A DNA stretch of 64,000 nucleotides. It comes from Myxococcota bacterium. GTDB taxonomy: Bacteria > Myxococcota_A > UBA9042 > PHBI01 > JAWLBL01. The DNA lies in the NCBI GenBank assembly GCA_041687695.1, contig JAWLBL010000017.1, positions 1-64,000 on the forward strand. Direction: 5' to 3'. The position numbers were made by a program, and so were the translations under genes. The notes beneath the pieces were generated by a model. That model had not been told where the DNA came from. It did not search any database and saw only the letters and a program-made list of their open reading frames with translations. Of the stretch, positions 32,080-42,532 are shown piece by piece; position 1 is the stretch's first letter, and each line of letters begins with the position of its first letter.

Positions 32080-33342
32080 TCAGCGTCTGAGCTGCTCGAC
32101 CAGGGCCCAGGCCTGCTCGCGGGTCGTGACCCGGCCCTCGAGCTGCGCGTCCTCGAGCGCCGACAGGGCTTCGGCGAAGAAGGGGCCGGGCGCGAAGCCG
32201 GCCTGCTTGAGGTCCTGGCCCCCTAGCAGGCGAGGCGGCGCCAGGGCCCGGCGGGACCACACGGCCAGGTCCCGCGCCGCGGCGCCGAGGCCGTGGCCGT
32301 CCGACTGCCCGGCGCGCGCCACCAGGCGGGCGGCGGCCAGGGCGGTGGGCAGCTCGGGACGCCTCAGGAGGCGCTTGCGCCCCGGGACGCCGAGCGCCGC
32401 GTAGCGGGCCAGCGCGTGCGCCATGTCCAGCGCGTGGGTGACGTGGCGCACGAGGGCGGTCGACCAGCGGAGCCGGCGTCCGAGCGCCTCGATCGACTCG
32501 GGCCAGCCCTCCAGGTCGTACAGGACCGTCGTCCACGCCACCTGAGGCGAGAGCGGGCCGGCGCCATCGAAGCGGAGGGCGGCCCGCTCGGGGTCGGCGA
32601 GCTCGCGGAGCACCCGCGGGAGCAGGGCCGAGCGCGTCAGCAGGCGGAGGCCTCGGGCTGCGCCGCCCTCGGTGAGGATGCGCTCGAGCTCGGCGTGGAT
32701 GCGCTCGGGGCTGACCGCGCCGATCTCGGGCGCGTGGAGGAGCAGGGCGCGCCAGGTCTCGGGTTCGACCTGGAAGCCGAAGCGGGCCGCGAACCGGATG
32801 GCGCGGATGAGGCGGAGGCGGTCCTCGGCGAAGCGGGCCTCGGGAGCGCCGATGGCGCGCACGACGCCGCGGCGCAGGTCATCGACGCCCTCGACGAAGT
32901 CGGCGATGCGGTGGTCGACCGGGTCGTAGAGGAGGCCGTTGATGGTGAAGTCGCGGCGGAGCACGTCCTCGCGAGCGTCCGTCCAGGCGACGGCGTCGGG
33001 GCGCCGGCCGTCGGAGTAGCCGAGGTCCGCGCGGAAGGTGGCGATCTCGAACTCGAGGCGCCCGAGCAGGACGCGGACGACGCCGAACTGCACGCCGACG
33101 GGGATGGACCTTTCGAATAGGTCGATGATCCGCTGCGGGTCGGCGTCCGTGGTGACGTCGTAGTCCTTGGGGCGCAGGCCGAGCAGCTGGTCGCGGACGC
33201 AGCCGCCCGCCCAGTAGGCCTCGTGGCCGGCGGCGCGCAGGCGCTCGACGACGGCGACGGCCCCGGTGCGCAGGGGGTCGGCCCTCGGCACGGCAGCGTC
33301 GGCGCGGTCGGTGGCGTCGGAAACGGGAGGCTGGTAGGTCAC
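32080..33342 (-). CDS. cca: tRNA nucleotidyltransferase (CCA-adding / poly(A) polymerase family)
   Basis: GGCVRD, KDYDV, EIATFR, RRDFTING and EDRLRLIRAIRF; no HD domain. Confidence 0.88.
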   Translation of the reverse strand: MTYQPPVSDATDRADAAVPRADPLRTGAVAVVERLRAAGHEAYWAGGCVRDQLLGLRPKDYDVTTDADPQRIIDLFERSIPVGVQFGVVRVLLGRLEFEIATFRADLGYSDGRRPDAVAWTDAREDVLRRDFTINGLLYDPVDHRIADFVEGVDDLRRGVVRAIGAPEARFAEDRLRLIRAIRFAARFGFQVEPETWRALLLHAPEIGAVSPERIHAELERILTEGGAARGLRLLTRSALLPRVLRELADPERAALRFDGAGPLSPQVAWTTVLYDLEGWPESIEALGRRLRWSTALVRHVTHALDMAHALARYAALGVPGRKRLLRRPELPTALAAARLVARAGQSDGHGLGAAARDLAVWSRRALAPPRLLGGQDLKQAGFAPGPFFAEALSALEDAQLEGRVTTREQAWALVEQLRR

Positions 33343-33467
33343 GGGCCCTCAGTACACGGTTTGGAGGGGCGCCGCCACGGCCCAGCACGTCGTCCATGGA
33401 AACGGCGTGGATCCATCGGGTCGGGTTTGTGTACAGTACGCGCCTTCGACGCCCTGAGGCGGAGCGA

Positions 33468-36400
33468 ATGATGAAGCATCCTACAGAGTTCCGGTCCCCC
33501 TGGTCGCCCCGCGCGCGGCTCCTGCTGACCCTCGCGGCGGCCCTGTCGCTCGGCCTTTCGGCCTGCGACGAGACGACGGTGGGTGCGCCCGACGTCGTGG
33601 ACACGGAGGACACCAAGGAGCCCGAGATCGGACCACTGCCGACGTTCGGGGTCCGGGTGACCGCGACGCCGCTCAGCGGGAACGCGCCGCTGGCGGTACA
33701 GCTGAGCGCCAGCGTCGTGGGCGACGAGGTCACGCTGGACGACCTCGAGCTGAAGTGGCAGGTGGGCGACACCGCGACCTACGACGGGCCCGAGGTCGAG
33801 CACACGTTCCCGCTCAAGGGCAACGCGACGGTCAAGCTCACCGGCACCTTCCGGACGAGCGACGGACGGGTGAAGACCGAGCAGGACGAGGTGCTGGTCC
33901 GCGTCGCGGGCTGCGCCGGGCTGCGCTTCACCCAGGTGTCGGTCGCCCAGCCGGTCGAGCTGGCGCCGGGCGACACGCTCACCCTGCAGCAGGGCAAGCT
34001 CATCAACGACGGCGACGTCATCGAGTCCCCCTTCGAGGTGCGCCTGGTCGCCTCGCTCGACGACAAGTACGACCCCGACACCGACCTCGTCATCAGCGCC
34101 TGGCAGGTGGACTCGATGGCCGCGGGCGTCTTCAGCGAGTCGTCGATCGATCTCGCCGGGCAGGGCTTCACGGTCCCCGACATCGAGGACGGCAGCTACG
34201 TCGTCTTCCTGGTCGCCGACGCCCTGAACACGGTCAACGAGTGCTCCGAGGACGACAACGTCGCGACGTCGACCAACGCCATCACCATCGACACCTCGGT
34301 GACCTACAAGGCCGACCTGCAGATCGTCGACGTGTCCTTCCCGGCCGGCCTGCAGCTCAAGCACGGCCAGATCTTCAACTACTCCTACCGGGTCAAGAAC
34401 GTCGGGCTCGGCGACGCGGGCAAGTTCTCGCTCGGCTTCTGGCTGTCCGAGGATCAGGTGCTCGACCCGGAGACCGACACCGTCATCCTGTCGCCGACCG
34501 ACAACGGGTCGTCGATGAAGGAGCTGAAGGCGGGCGGCTCGCAGAGCTTCTTCCGCTCGTGGAAGGTCCCCGAGGGGCTGCCCGACGGTGAGTACTACAT
34601 CATCGGCAAGGCCGACGTGGGTCAGACCGTGGTCGAGGACGACGAGGACAACAACGTCGGGATCTCGCCCGAGCCGCTGACCGTCAAGTTCGTCGAGGTG
34701 CAGTGCTTCGACCTGGCGCTCGACGAGATCGTCGTGTCGCCGCTCAGCTCGTACTGGAACGGGTCGGTTCAGCTGACCGCGAAGGTCACCAACGGCGGCA
34801 CGCAGCCGACGCCCGATGGGTGGCCGGCGCGCGCGTATCTGTCGAACCAGCCGTCGCTGAACCCGGCGAGCGCCACCGTCGTCGGCAACTGGTCGCTGCC
34901 GTCCATCCCGGCCGGGCAGACCGTCGTCATCGACCAGGTGGTCAAGATCCCCTCGGGCATCCCCGTGTCGCCCCACTGGGTCGGCCTGCAGCTCGACCCA
35001 GAGACCAAGCTGGCCGAGTGCAACGAGGGCAACAACGCCAAGGTGTTCGGCGAGTCGGTCAGCATCGCCTCCAAGGCGCAGGTCGACCTGGCCGTCAGCC
35101 AGATCCAGTTCCACCCGCAGGTGGCGGCGGCCGGCGAGAGCATCAAGGTCACCTACAACCTGAGCAACAACGGCTCGACGGCCGCGACCGCCTTCAAGCT
35201 GGGCGTCGTCTTCAGCCAGGACGCGACCATCAACGCGACCGACGCCAAGAACGGCAAGGACTACCTGGTCCACGACATCATCATCGGGACCGTGCCGGCC
35301 GGGGCGACGCTGCAGCGGGTCGAGGACGTGGTCGTGCCGCTGGCGCTGCCCAACACGCTGGACACCTTCTGGGTCGGCGTCGTCGCCGACCTGGACAACA
35401 ACCAGCCGTCGGACACCAACAAGAACAACAACGTGGCCGTGGCGACGCAGACCCTGACGGTGCAGGGCGCGATGGGCGGCTGCTTCGAGGACGACGTCGA
35501 GCCGAACAACACGGCCAGCGCGGCCCAGGTGCTCGAGCCTGGCCTGCACGAGGGCATGGGCAGCTGCGGCAACGACGACTGGTGGCGGGTGCAGGTCCCG
35601 GCGGGCCACAGCCTGGTGGTCGACATGGCCATCTCGCCCATCCTGAGCATCCAGCCGGTGCCGTCGGACATCGATCTGGTCCTGCTGGACGCCGCGCAGA
35701 AGGTGGTCAAGAGCTCGACCAACGCTGGCGACGCCGAGAGCGTCCATGTGTTCACGGTCCCCGAGGACGGCGAGTACTTCCTGCGTGTGCATGGCAAGAC
35801 CGCGGCGGTCCGCGCCCACTACGATCTGCACATCACCTTGATGCCGCCCGTCGAGGGCATCGACCTGCTGGTGGCCGACGTGGCCGCGCTGCCCGGCACC
35901 CTGTATCCGGGCGGCGTCATCAACGTGGCGTGGAGCGACGTCAACCTGGGTGACACCCCGGCGCCGCCTCACCTGGCGCGCATCTGGGCCTCCAAGGACA
36001 TCGCCATCGACGCGGGCGACACCGTCGTCGCCGAGGTCATGGTCGACGGCACCCCCGCCCTGACGACGCTGAAGAAGTCGGTCGACCTCAAGCTCCCCGA
36101 GGACATCGCCGGCGGCAACTGGTGGTTCATCGTCGAGACCGACGCGGACGACGACGTGGTCGAGGCGAGCGAGACCAACAACCGCAGCTTCTCCGACAAG
36201 GTCTTCCTCGACGCGGGTCTGACCTGCGCCGACGACGCGCTGGAGCCCAACGACACCAGCGGCCTCGCGAGCCTGCTCACCTTCAACGGCACCACGGCCA
36301 AGGCGAACGGGAGCGTCGTGTGCCCCAAGCTCGACGACTGGTACGCCTTCGACGTCGAGGCCGGTCAGGCGGTGACCGTGCAGGCGAGCTACACCTACGA

Positions 36401-37691
36401 CGCCACCAAGGGCTTGCTGGCGCTGGAGCTGTGGGACCCTTCCGAGACGGCCCTGCTGCTCAAGAACTCGAGCTCGGGCAACGCGCAGGTGACCTTGCCC
36501 TGGGTGTGGCGCTCGGGCCGCTACTACGTGCGGGTCGGCAACCAGGCGCAGAACGGCAAGCAGGGGCCGTACACCTACAACCTGACCGTGACGGCGACCA
36601 CGGCCGACCCCGGCCAGCAGTGCGACGCCGACCTCTTCGAGGACAACAACAGCTTCCAGACCGCCGAGGTCCTGGGCTGCGGCTACCAGACGGCGACCCT
36701 GTGCAAGGGGGACTACGACGTCTACCGGATGGAGGTCACGGGCGGCCAGCAGCTCGAGGTCACGCTCAATCAGGCCAAGAGCGAGCTCAGCATGGCGCTG
36801 TACGGCGACCCGCTCGCGCCGGCGCTCGCGAGCAAGGTGGGCAACGGCAAGCTGGTCTGGACAGCGCCTCAGGACCAGCTGGTGTACCTGCGCGTGTCGG
36901 CCAAGTCGGATCCCATGGCCGTGACCGACGTGAACTACAGCCTCCTCGTCGACGGCGTGCCCGGCGTGGACCTCAGCGCCACGGAGCCGTCGCTGTTCCT
37001 CACCGAGGTCTACCAGGGCGAGGACACGCTGGTGGACTTCTCGGTGGTCAACTCGTGCCAGGACCCCAGCACCGCCTTCATGACGACGCTCTGGCTGTCC
37101 AAGGACGAGCGCCTGGACGCGACCGACATCGACCTGTCGACGGTCGAGCTCCCCGGCGTCGGGGCCAAGGGCTCGCTCGCGCTCAGCCAGAAGCTCTCGG
37201 TGCCCTTCTCGACGACGCCGGGCAACTACCACGTCATCGTCGAGGTCGACTCGATGGCGGACGTCCACGAGAGCAACGAGGACAACAACACCCGCGGCGC
37301 GCCGCTCACGGTCGCCAAGCTCTGCCTGCCGGACGCGTACGAGCCCAACGATCTGCTGATGCCGGCGGCGCCCCACGCGCCCGTGGTCGAGCCCCCGGGC
37401 GCGACCGATCTGGCGCTGTGCCCGTTCGAGATCGACTGGTTCGCCATCGAGGTCGTCGAGCCCGGCTCCGTGCTGACGGTCGCGGCCCGCTTCAGCCATG
37501 CCGAGGGCGACCTGGATCTGCGCCTGTACGACCCGGTCAACTCGAAGACCATCCCGGTGGCGGTCGCGACGTCGAAGGACGACGACGAGGTCATCACCTG
37601 GGACGTCGCGGCGCCCGGGGTCTACCTGGTCCGCGTGCACGGCTTCGACGGCGCCAGCGCCGACTACGACCTCGAGGTCTTCATCGAATAG
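33468..37691 (+). CDS. Large surface lipoprotein with PKD, CARDB and PPC-like repeats
   Basis: Lipobox LSAC, GNAPLAV PKD, repeated DL...E.nE.NN CARDB ends, and C..D..EPN(D/N) followed by D.DW modules. Confidence 0.85.
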   Translation: MMKHPTEFRSPWSPRARLLLTLAAALSLGLSACDETTVGAPDVVDTEDTKEPEIGPLPTFGVRVTATPLSGNAPLAVQLSASVVGDEVTLDDLELKWQVGDTATYDGPEVEHTFPLKGNATVKLTGTFRTSDGRVKTEQDEVLVRVAGCAGLRFTQVSVAQPVELAPGDTLTLQQGKLINDGDVIESPFEVRLVASLDDKYDPDTDLVISAWQVDSMAAGVFSESSIDLAGQGFTVPDIEDGSYVVFLVADALNTVNECSEDDNVATSTNAITIDTSVTYKADLQIVDVSFPAGLQLKHGQIFNYSYRVKNVGLGDAGKFSLGFWLSEDQVLDPETDTVILSPTDNGSSMKELKAGGSQSFFRSWKVPEGLPDGEYYIIGKADVGQTVVEDDEDNNVGISPEPLTVKFVEVQCFDLALDEIVVSPLSSYWNGSVQLTAKVTNGGTQPTPDGWPARAYLSNQPSLNPASATVVGNWSLPSIPAGQTVVIDQVVKIPSGIPVSPHWVGLQLDPETKLAECNEGNNAKVFGESVSIASKAQVDLAVSQIQFHPQVAAAGESIKVTYNLSNNGSTAATAFKLGVVFSQDATINATDAKNGKDYLVHDIIIGTVPAGATLQRVEDVVVPLALPNTLDTFWVGVVADLDNNQPSDTNKNNNVAVATQTLTVQGAMGGCFEDDVEPNNTASAAQVLEPGLHEGMGSCGNDDWWRVQVPAGHSLVVDMAISPILSIQPVPSDIDLVLLDAAQKVVKSSTNAGDAESVHVFTVPEDGEYFLRVHGKTAAVRAHYDLHITLMPPVEGIDLLVADVAALPGTLYPGGVINVAWSDVNLGDTPAPPHLARIWASKDIAIDAGDTVVAEVMVDGTPALTTLKKSVDLKLPEDIAGGNWWFIVETDADDDVVEASETNNRSFSDKVFLDAGLTCADDALEPNDTSGLASLLTFNGTTAKANGSVVCPKLDDWYAFDVEAGQAVTVQASYTYDATKGLLALELWDPSETALLLKNSSSGNAQVTLPWVWRSGRYYVRVGNQAQNGKQGPYTYNLTVTATTADPGQQCDADLFEDNNSFQTAEVLGCGYQTATLCKGDYDVYRMEVTGGQQLEVTLNQAKSELSMALYGDPLAPALASKVGNGKLVWTAPQDQLVYLRVSAKSDPMAVTDVNYSLLVDGVPGVDLSATEPSLFLTEVYQGEDTLVDFSVVNSCQDPSTAFMTTLWLSKDERLDATDIDLSTVELPGVGAKGSLALSQKLSVPFSTTPGNYHVIVEVDSMADVHESNEDNNTRGAPLTVAKLCLPDAYEPNDLLMPAAPHAPVVEPPGATDLALCPFEIDWFAIEVVEPGSVLTVAARFSHAEGDLDLRLYDPVNSKTIPVAVATSKDDDEVITWDVAAPGVYLVRVHGFDGASADYDLEVFIE

Positions 37692-37782
37692 GCGAACGTC
37701 GGACGGCGTGGCGGGGTAGACCCGTCGCGCCGGTCCGACGCGTGAACCGCGGGACCGCGGACGACGGTCGCCCGCGCGGGCT

Positions 37783-38400
37783 TCAGGGTCGCCGCAGCAG
37801 GTCCAGGAAGTTGGTCAGGATGGCGGCGGTGACGCCCCAGACGACCTCTTCCCCGGTGTCGTAGAAGTACAGGCGCTCCTCGAACGCGCCGCGCGTCATG
37901 CGGGCGGTGCGGACGCGCTCGGGGCGCAGCACGTGCGCGAGCGGCACGGTGAAGACGCGCTCGACCTCGCCGGGGTCGGGCACCAGCTCGAGATCCCGTG
38001 GCAGGAGGCCGACGCACGGCGTCACGTGGAACTGCGTGATGGTCGGGTAGTCGTCGAGCTGACCCAGCGGGCGGACGACCTCGGGCGGGATGCTCAGCTC
38101 TTCGTGCGCCTCGCGCAGGGCCGTGTGCCAGCGGTCGCGATCGCCCGTGGCGACGCCGCCGCCCGGGAACGAGACCTGGCCCGCGTGGTGGGGCAGGTGG
38201 CGCGGGCGCAGCGTCAGGACCAGGTGCAGGCCCTCGGGGCGCTCGATGAGTGGCACCAAGACCGAGGCTGGCCGCAGGGGGCCCACGGGCACCAGGCGGC
38301 GCTCGTAGGCAGCCAGGGCGTCGGCGATGCGTTCGGGGTCGGGCGGCGAGGGGGCGTCACCCGCCTCGTCGCGCTCGGGGTTATCGTCCGCTGTGTCCAC
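37783..38400 (-). CDS. Nudix hydrolase, CoA pyrophosphatase (NudL-like)
   Basis: [25 protein letters not shown] and VWGVTA. Confidence 0.9.
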   Translation of the reverse strand: MDTADDNPERDEAGDAPSPPDPERIADALAAYERRLVPVGPLRPASVLVPLIERPEGLHLVLTLRPRHLPHHAGQVSFPGGGVATGDRDRWHTALREAHEELSIPPEVVRPLGQLDDYPTITQFHVTPCVGLLPRDLELVPDPGEVERVFTVPLAHVLRPERVRTARMTRGAFEERLYFYDTGEEVVWGVTAAILTNFLDLLRRP

Positions 38401-38941
38401 GCGTGCCGACGATACTGAAGAACTCGGCGCGCGTCGCGGGGTTGTCCTTGAACTCGCCGAGCATGGACGACGTGACGGTGATGGCGTTGGCCTTCTCGAC
38501 GCCGCGCATGACCATGCACAGGTGCGTCGCCTCGAGCACGACCGCCACGCCATGGGGGTTGAGGTGCTCCATCAGGGTCTGCGCGATCTGCCGGGTCATG
38601 CGCTCCTGCACCTGCAGGCGCCGCGCGTAGATCTCGGTGATGCGCGCCAGCTTGGACAGGCCGACGACCCGCTTTCGGGGGATGTAGGCGATGTGCGCCC
38701 ACCCGAAGAACGGGATCATGTGGTGCTCGCAGACGCTGAAGAAGTCGATGTCCTTGCACAGGACCATCTCGTCGTGATCTTCCTCGAAGATCGCGCCGTT
38801 GATGACCTCGTTGGGGTCCTCCTGGTAGCCCTTGGTCAGGAACTTCCAGGCCTCGGCCACGCGGTGGGGCGTTCGGCGGAGGCCGTCTCGCTCGGGATCC
38901 TCGCCGAGCTGCACCAGCATCTGGCGGATGAGGTCGTCCAT
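38381..38941 (-). CDS. folE: GTP cyclohydrolase I
   Basis: [21 protein letters not shown] and HLCMVMRG. Confidence 0.97.
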   Translation of the reverse strand: MDDLIRQMLVQLGEDPERDGLRRTPHRVAEAWKFLTKGYQEDPNEVINGAIFEEDHDEMVLCKDIDFFSVCEHHMIPFFGWAHIAYIPRKRVVGLSKLARITEIYARRLQVQERMTRQIAQTLMEHLNPHGVAVVLEATHLCMVMRGVEKANAITVTSSMLGEFKDNPATRAEFFSIVGTRGHSGR

Positions 38942-38944
38942 CGG

Positions 38945-39439
38945 TCAGTCGAGCGTGACGTCGATGCGCGGGTCGTAGCCCTCGGGCTTGACGCTGATGA
39001 CGTCGCAGGGCGCGCGACGGACGACCTTCTCGGCCTGGCTGCCCATGAAGATGTGCTTGAAGCCGGTGTGGCCGTGGGTGCCCATCACGATGAGGTCGAC
39101 ATCGTTCTTGCTGGCGAAGCGAAGGATCTCGAGATAGGGCCGGCCGCCGCGGATCTCGAGGCTCATCCGGTCGCGCTCCTCGCGGGTGACCTTGCCGTCA
39201 CGCTCGAGCTCGTCCAGGCGGCGGACGAGGCCCTTCTCGAGGCGGGTCAGCTCCTCGTCCTCGGCCTCGATGTCGTCGAAGGAGCTTTGCGCCATGCGGT
39301 CCTCGCGGACGTGCAGGACGACGAGCTCGGAGCCGAAGAGCTTGCAGTAGCCCACGGCCTTGTAGAAGGCGCGGCGGCTGCAGTCGGAGAAGTCGACGGG
39401 GCAGAGGATCTTCTTGTAGTGGATCTGGATGTCGTTCAC
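38945..39439 (-). CDS. Universal stress protein
   Basis: KILCPVDFS, DLIVMGTHG..G....MGSQAEKVVRRAPCDV. Confidence 0.93.
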   Translation of the reverse strand: MNDIQIHYKKILCPVDFSDCSRRAFYKAVGYCKLFGSELVVLHVREDRMAQSSFDDIEAEDEELTRLEKGLVRRLDELERDGKVTREERDRMSLEIRGGRPYLEILRFASKNDVDLIVMGTHGHTGFKHIFMGSQAEKVVRRAPCDVISVKPEGYDPRIDVTLD

Positions 39440-39474
39440 GGGGTCCTCGGACGGATGGACGGGGCGCGCGCGGG

Positions 39475-41016
<1,542 letters not shown>

Positions 41017-41248
41017 CTCTCCTCCGTGGGGCTGTGGACCCGCGCTGACTACCACAGAAGTGTGTGGGATCAGTAGAGGAAAGCGGGCCGCCGTCCACGC
41101 CGGCGGCGGCGGGCGGCGAAGGCGCGAGGAGGAGACGATGCCCGGCCCGGGACGTCGTGTGCGCGCTGTCCGACAGGTGTTCTGTGACGCCGCCCCCAAC
41201 GGGGTCGACATCGTCCTGCGCTCGGGCCGGGCAACCGGAGCAGGCCTA

Positions 41249-41264
41249 TGCATCCCTCGTGCCA
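41249..41264 (-). promoter_or_regulatory. Putative sigma-54 promoter upstream of pccB-usp-folE-nudix
   Basis: TGGCACGAGGGATGCA on minus has GG-N10-GC spacing. Confidence 0.5.
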
Positions 41265-41525
41265 TGTGCCCACAGGCGCTCGGACGCGGGCGTGATCAGA
41301 GCCTGGCGCGGGCCTCCCGGGAGCAGCTCGGGCGGTCGGCGCGGCCGCGCGCGGGGACACTCGGGACGGGCAGGGCTGCGCGGCGGGAGGGGTCGTCCGG
41401 CCCCGGTGGGGTGCGTTGACCCCGGTTCGCCGTCGGCGCCGGCGCAGCGGCTGGCTCCGGGCTCGACACGGCGCGCGAGGGGCGGTAGGACTCCCCGGCG
41501 ACGCTCGCCGATGAGGATGTCCGAC

Positions 41526-42485
41526 ATGCGCAAGCTCCTGGTCACCATCTGCTCCCTGCCCCTGCTCGCCGCCGCCTGCGCCGAGCCGCCGCCCGACACC
41601 CGGGTCGCCGCCCAGCCCTCGGCCACGCCGCCGCCGGCCGAGTCACCCACCCCCTCGCCCCCGCCTGAACCGGCCAAGGCCGAGGCGCCCGCACCGACCC
41701 CGCCGTCCGCGGCGCCGACCCCGCCGCCCGCCGAGCCCCCGTCGGCCGTGCTGCCCGGCGCCGGCGCGACCGAGGCGGAGGTGCGGGATCTCGAGGGTCA
41801 GGCCGGCAAGACGCCCGCGCCACCGGCCGTGCTGACGCCGGTCGGACACAAGGCGCCCGGGCTCGACGGCGCCCCCGGGCAGTCCCCGGCGATGGGCCCG
41901 AACGACGCCAAGGTGAAGGTCTACGTCTTCAGCGACTTCCAGTGCCCGGTCTGCCGGCGCGTCGTCGAGCCGATGAAGGTGCTCGCGCGGACCTACCCGA
42001 AGGACGTGCAGATCATCTTCAAGCACAACGCGCTCGAGATGCATCGGCAGGCCGACATCGCCGCGCGCGCCGCCATCGCGGCCCAGCGCCAGGGCAAGTT
42101 CTGGGAGTACCACGACAAGCTCTTCCAGAATCAGCAGAACCTGCACGAGCAGGACCTGCTCTCGTACGCCGAGGAGCTGAAGCTCGACGTCGCGAAGTTC
42201 CAGGCCGACATGAACGACGAGGCGGTCAAGGCGCAGGTGCTCTACGAGCGCAAGCTCGCCGAGGCGCTCGAGGCGCGCGGGACGCCGGGCTTCTTCATCA
42301 ACGGCCAGAAGATCGTCGGCTGGGGCAGCTACGGGGGCGTCAAGTCGATGGTCGAGCGCGCGCTGCGCGAGGTCGACGTGCAGGTGGGCAAGGGGCTGCC
42401 CGTCGACGAGGCGCTCGTCGAGGCGACCAAGGCGGCCGGCGAGGACGGCAAGCGCTTCGCCAAGCTGGTCTTCGGGGCCGAGTAG
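41526..42485 (+). CDS. DsbA-family (thioredoxin_4) lipoprotein
   Basis: Lipobox AAAC, Pro-rich linker, FSDFQCPVC and GTPGFFING. Confidence 0.9.
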   Translation: MRKLLVTICSLPLLAAACAEPPPDTRVAAQPSATPPPAESPTPSPPPEPAKAEAPAPTPPSAAPTPPPAEPPSAVLPGAGATEAEVRDLEGQAGKTPAPPAVLTPVGHKAPGLDGAPGQSPAMGPNDAKVKVYVFSDFQCPVCRRVVEPMKVLARTYPKDVQIIFKHNALEMHRQADIAARAAIAAQRQGKFWEYHDKLFQNQQNLHEQDLLSYAEELKLDVAKFQADMNDEAVKAQVLYERKLAEALEARGTPGFFINGQKIVGWGSYGGVKSMVERALREVDVQVGKGLPVDEALVEATKAAGEDGKRFAKLVFGAE

Positions 42486-42532
42486 CCGGGCGAAGGACGA
42501 GGCCTGGGCACGGGCACGCCGAGGTCGCGTGC

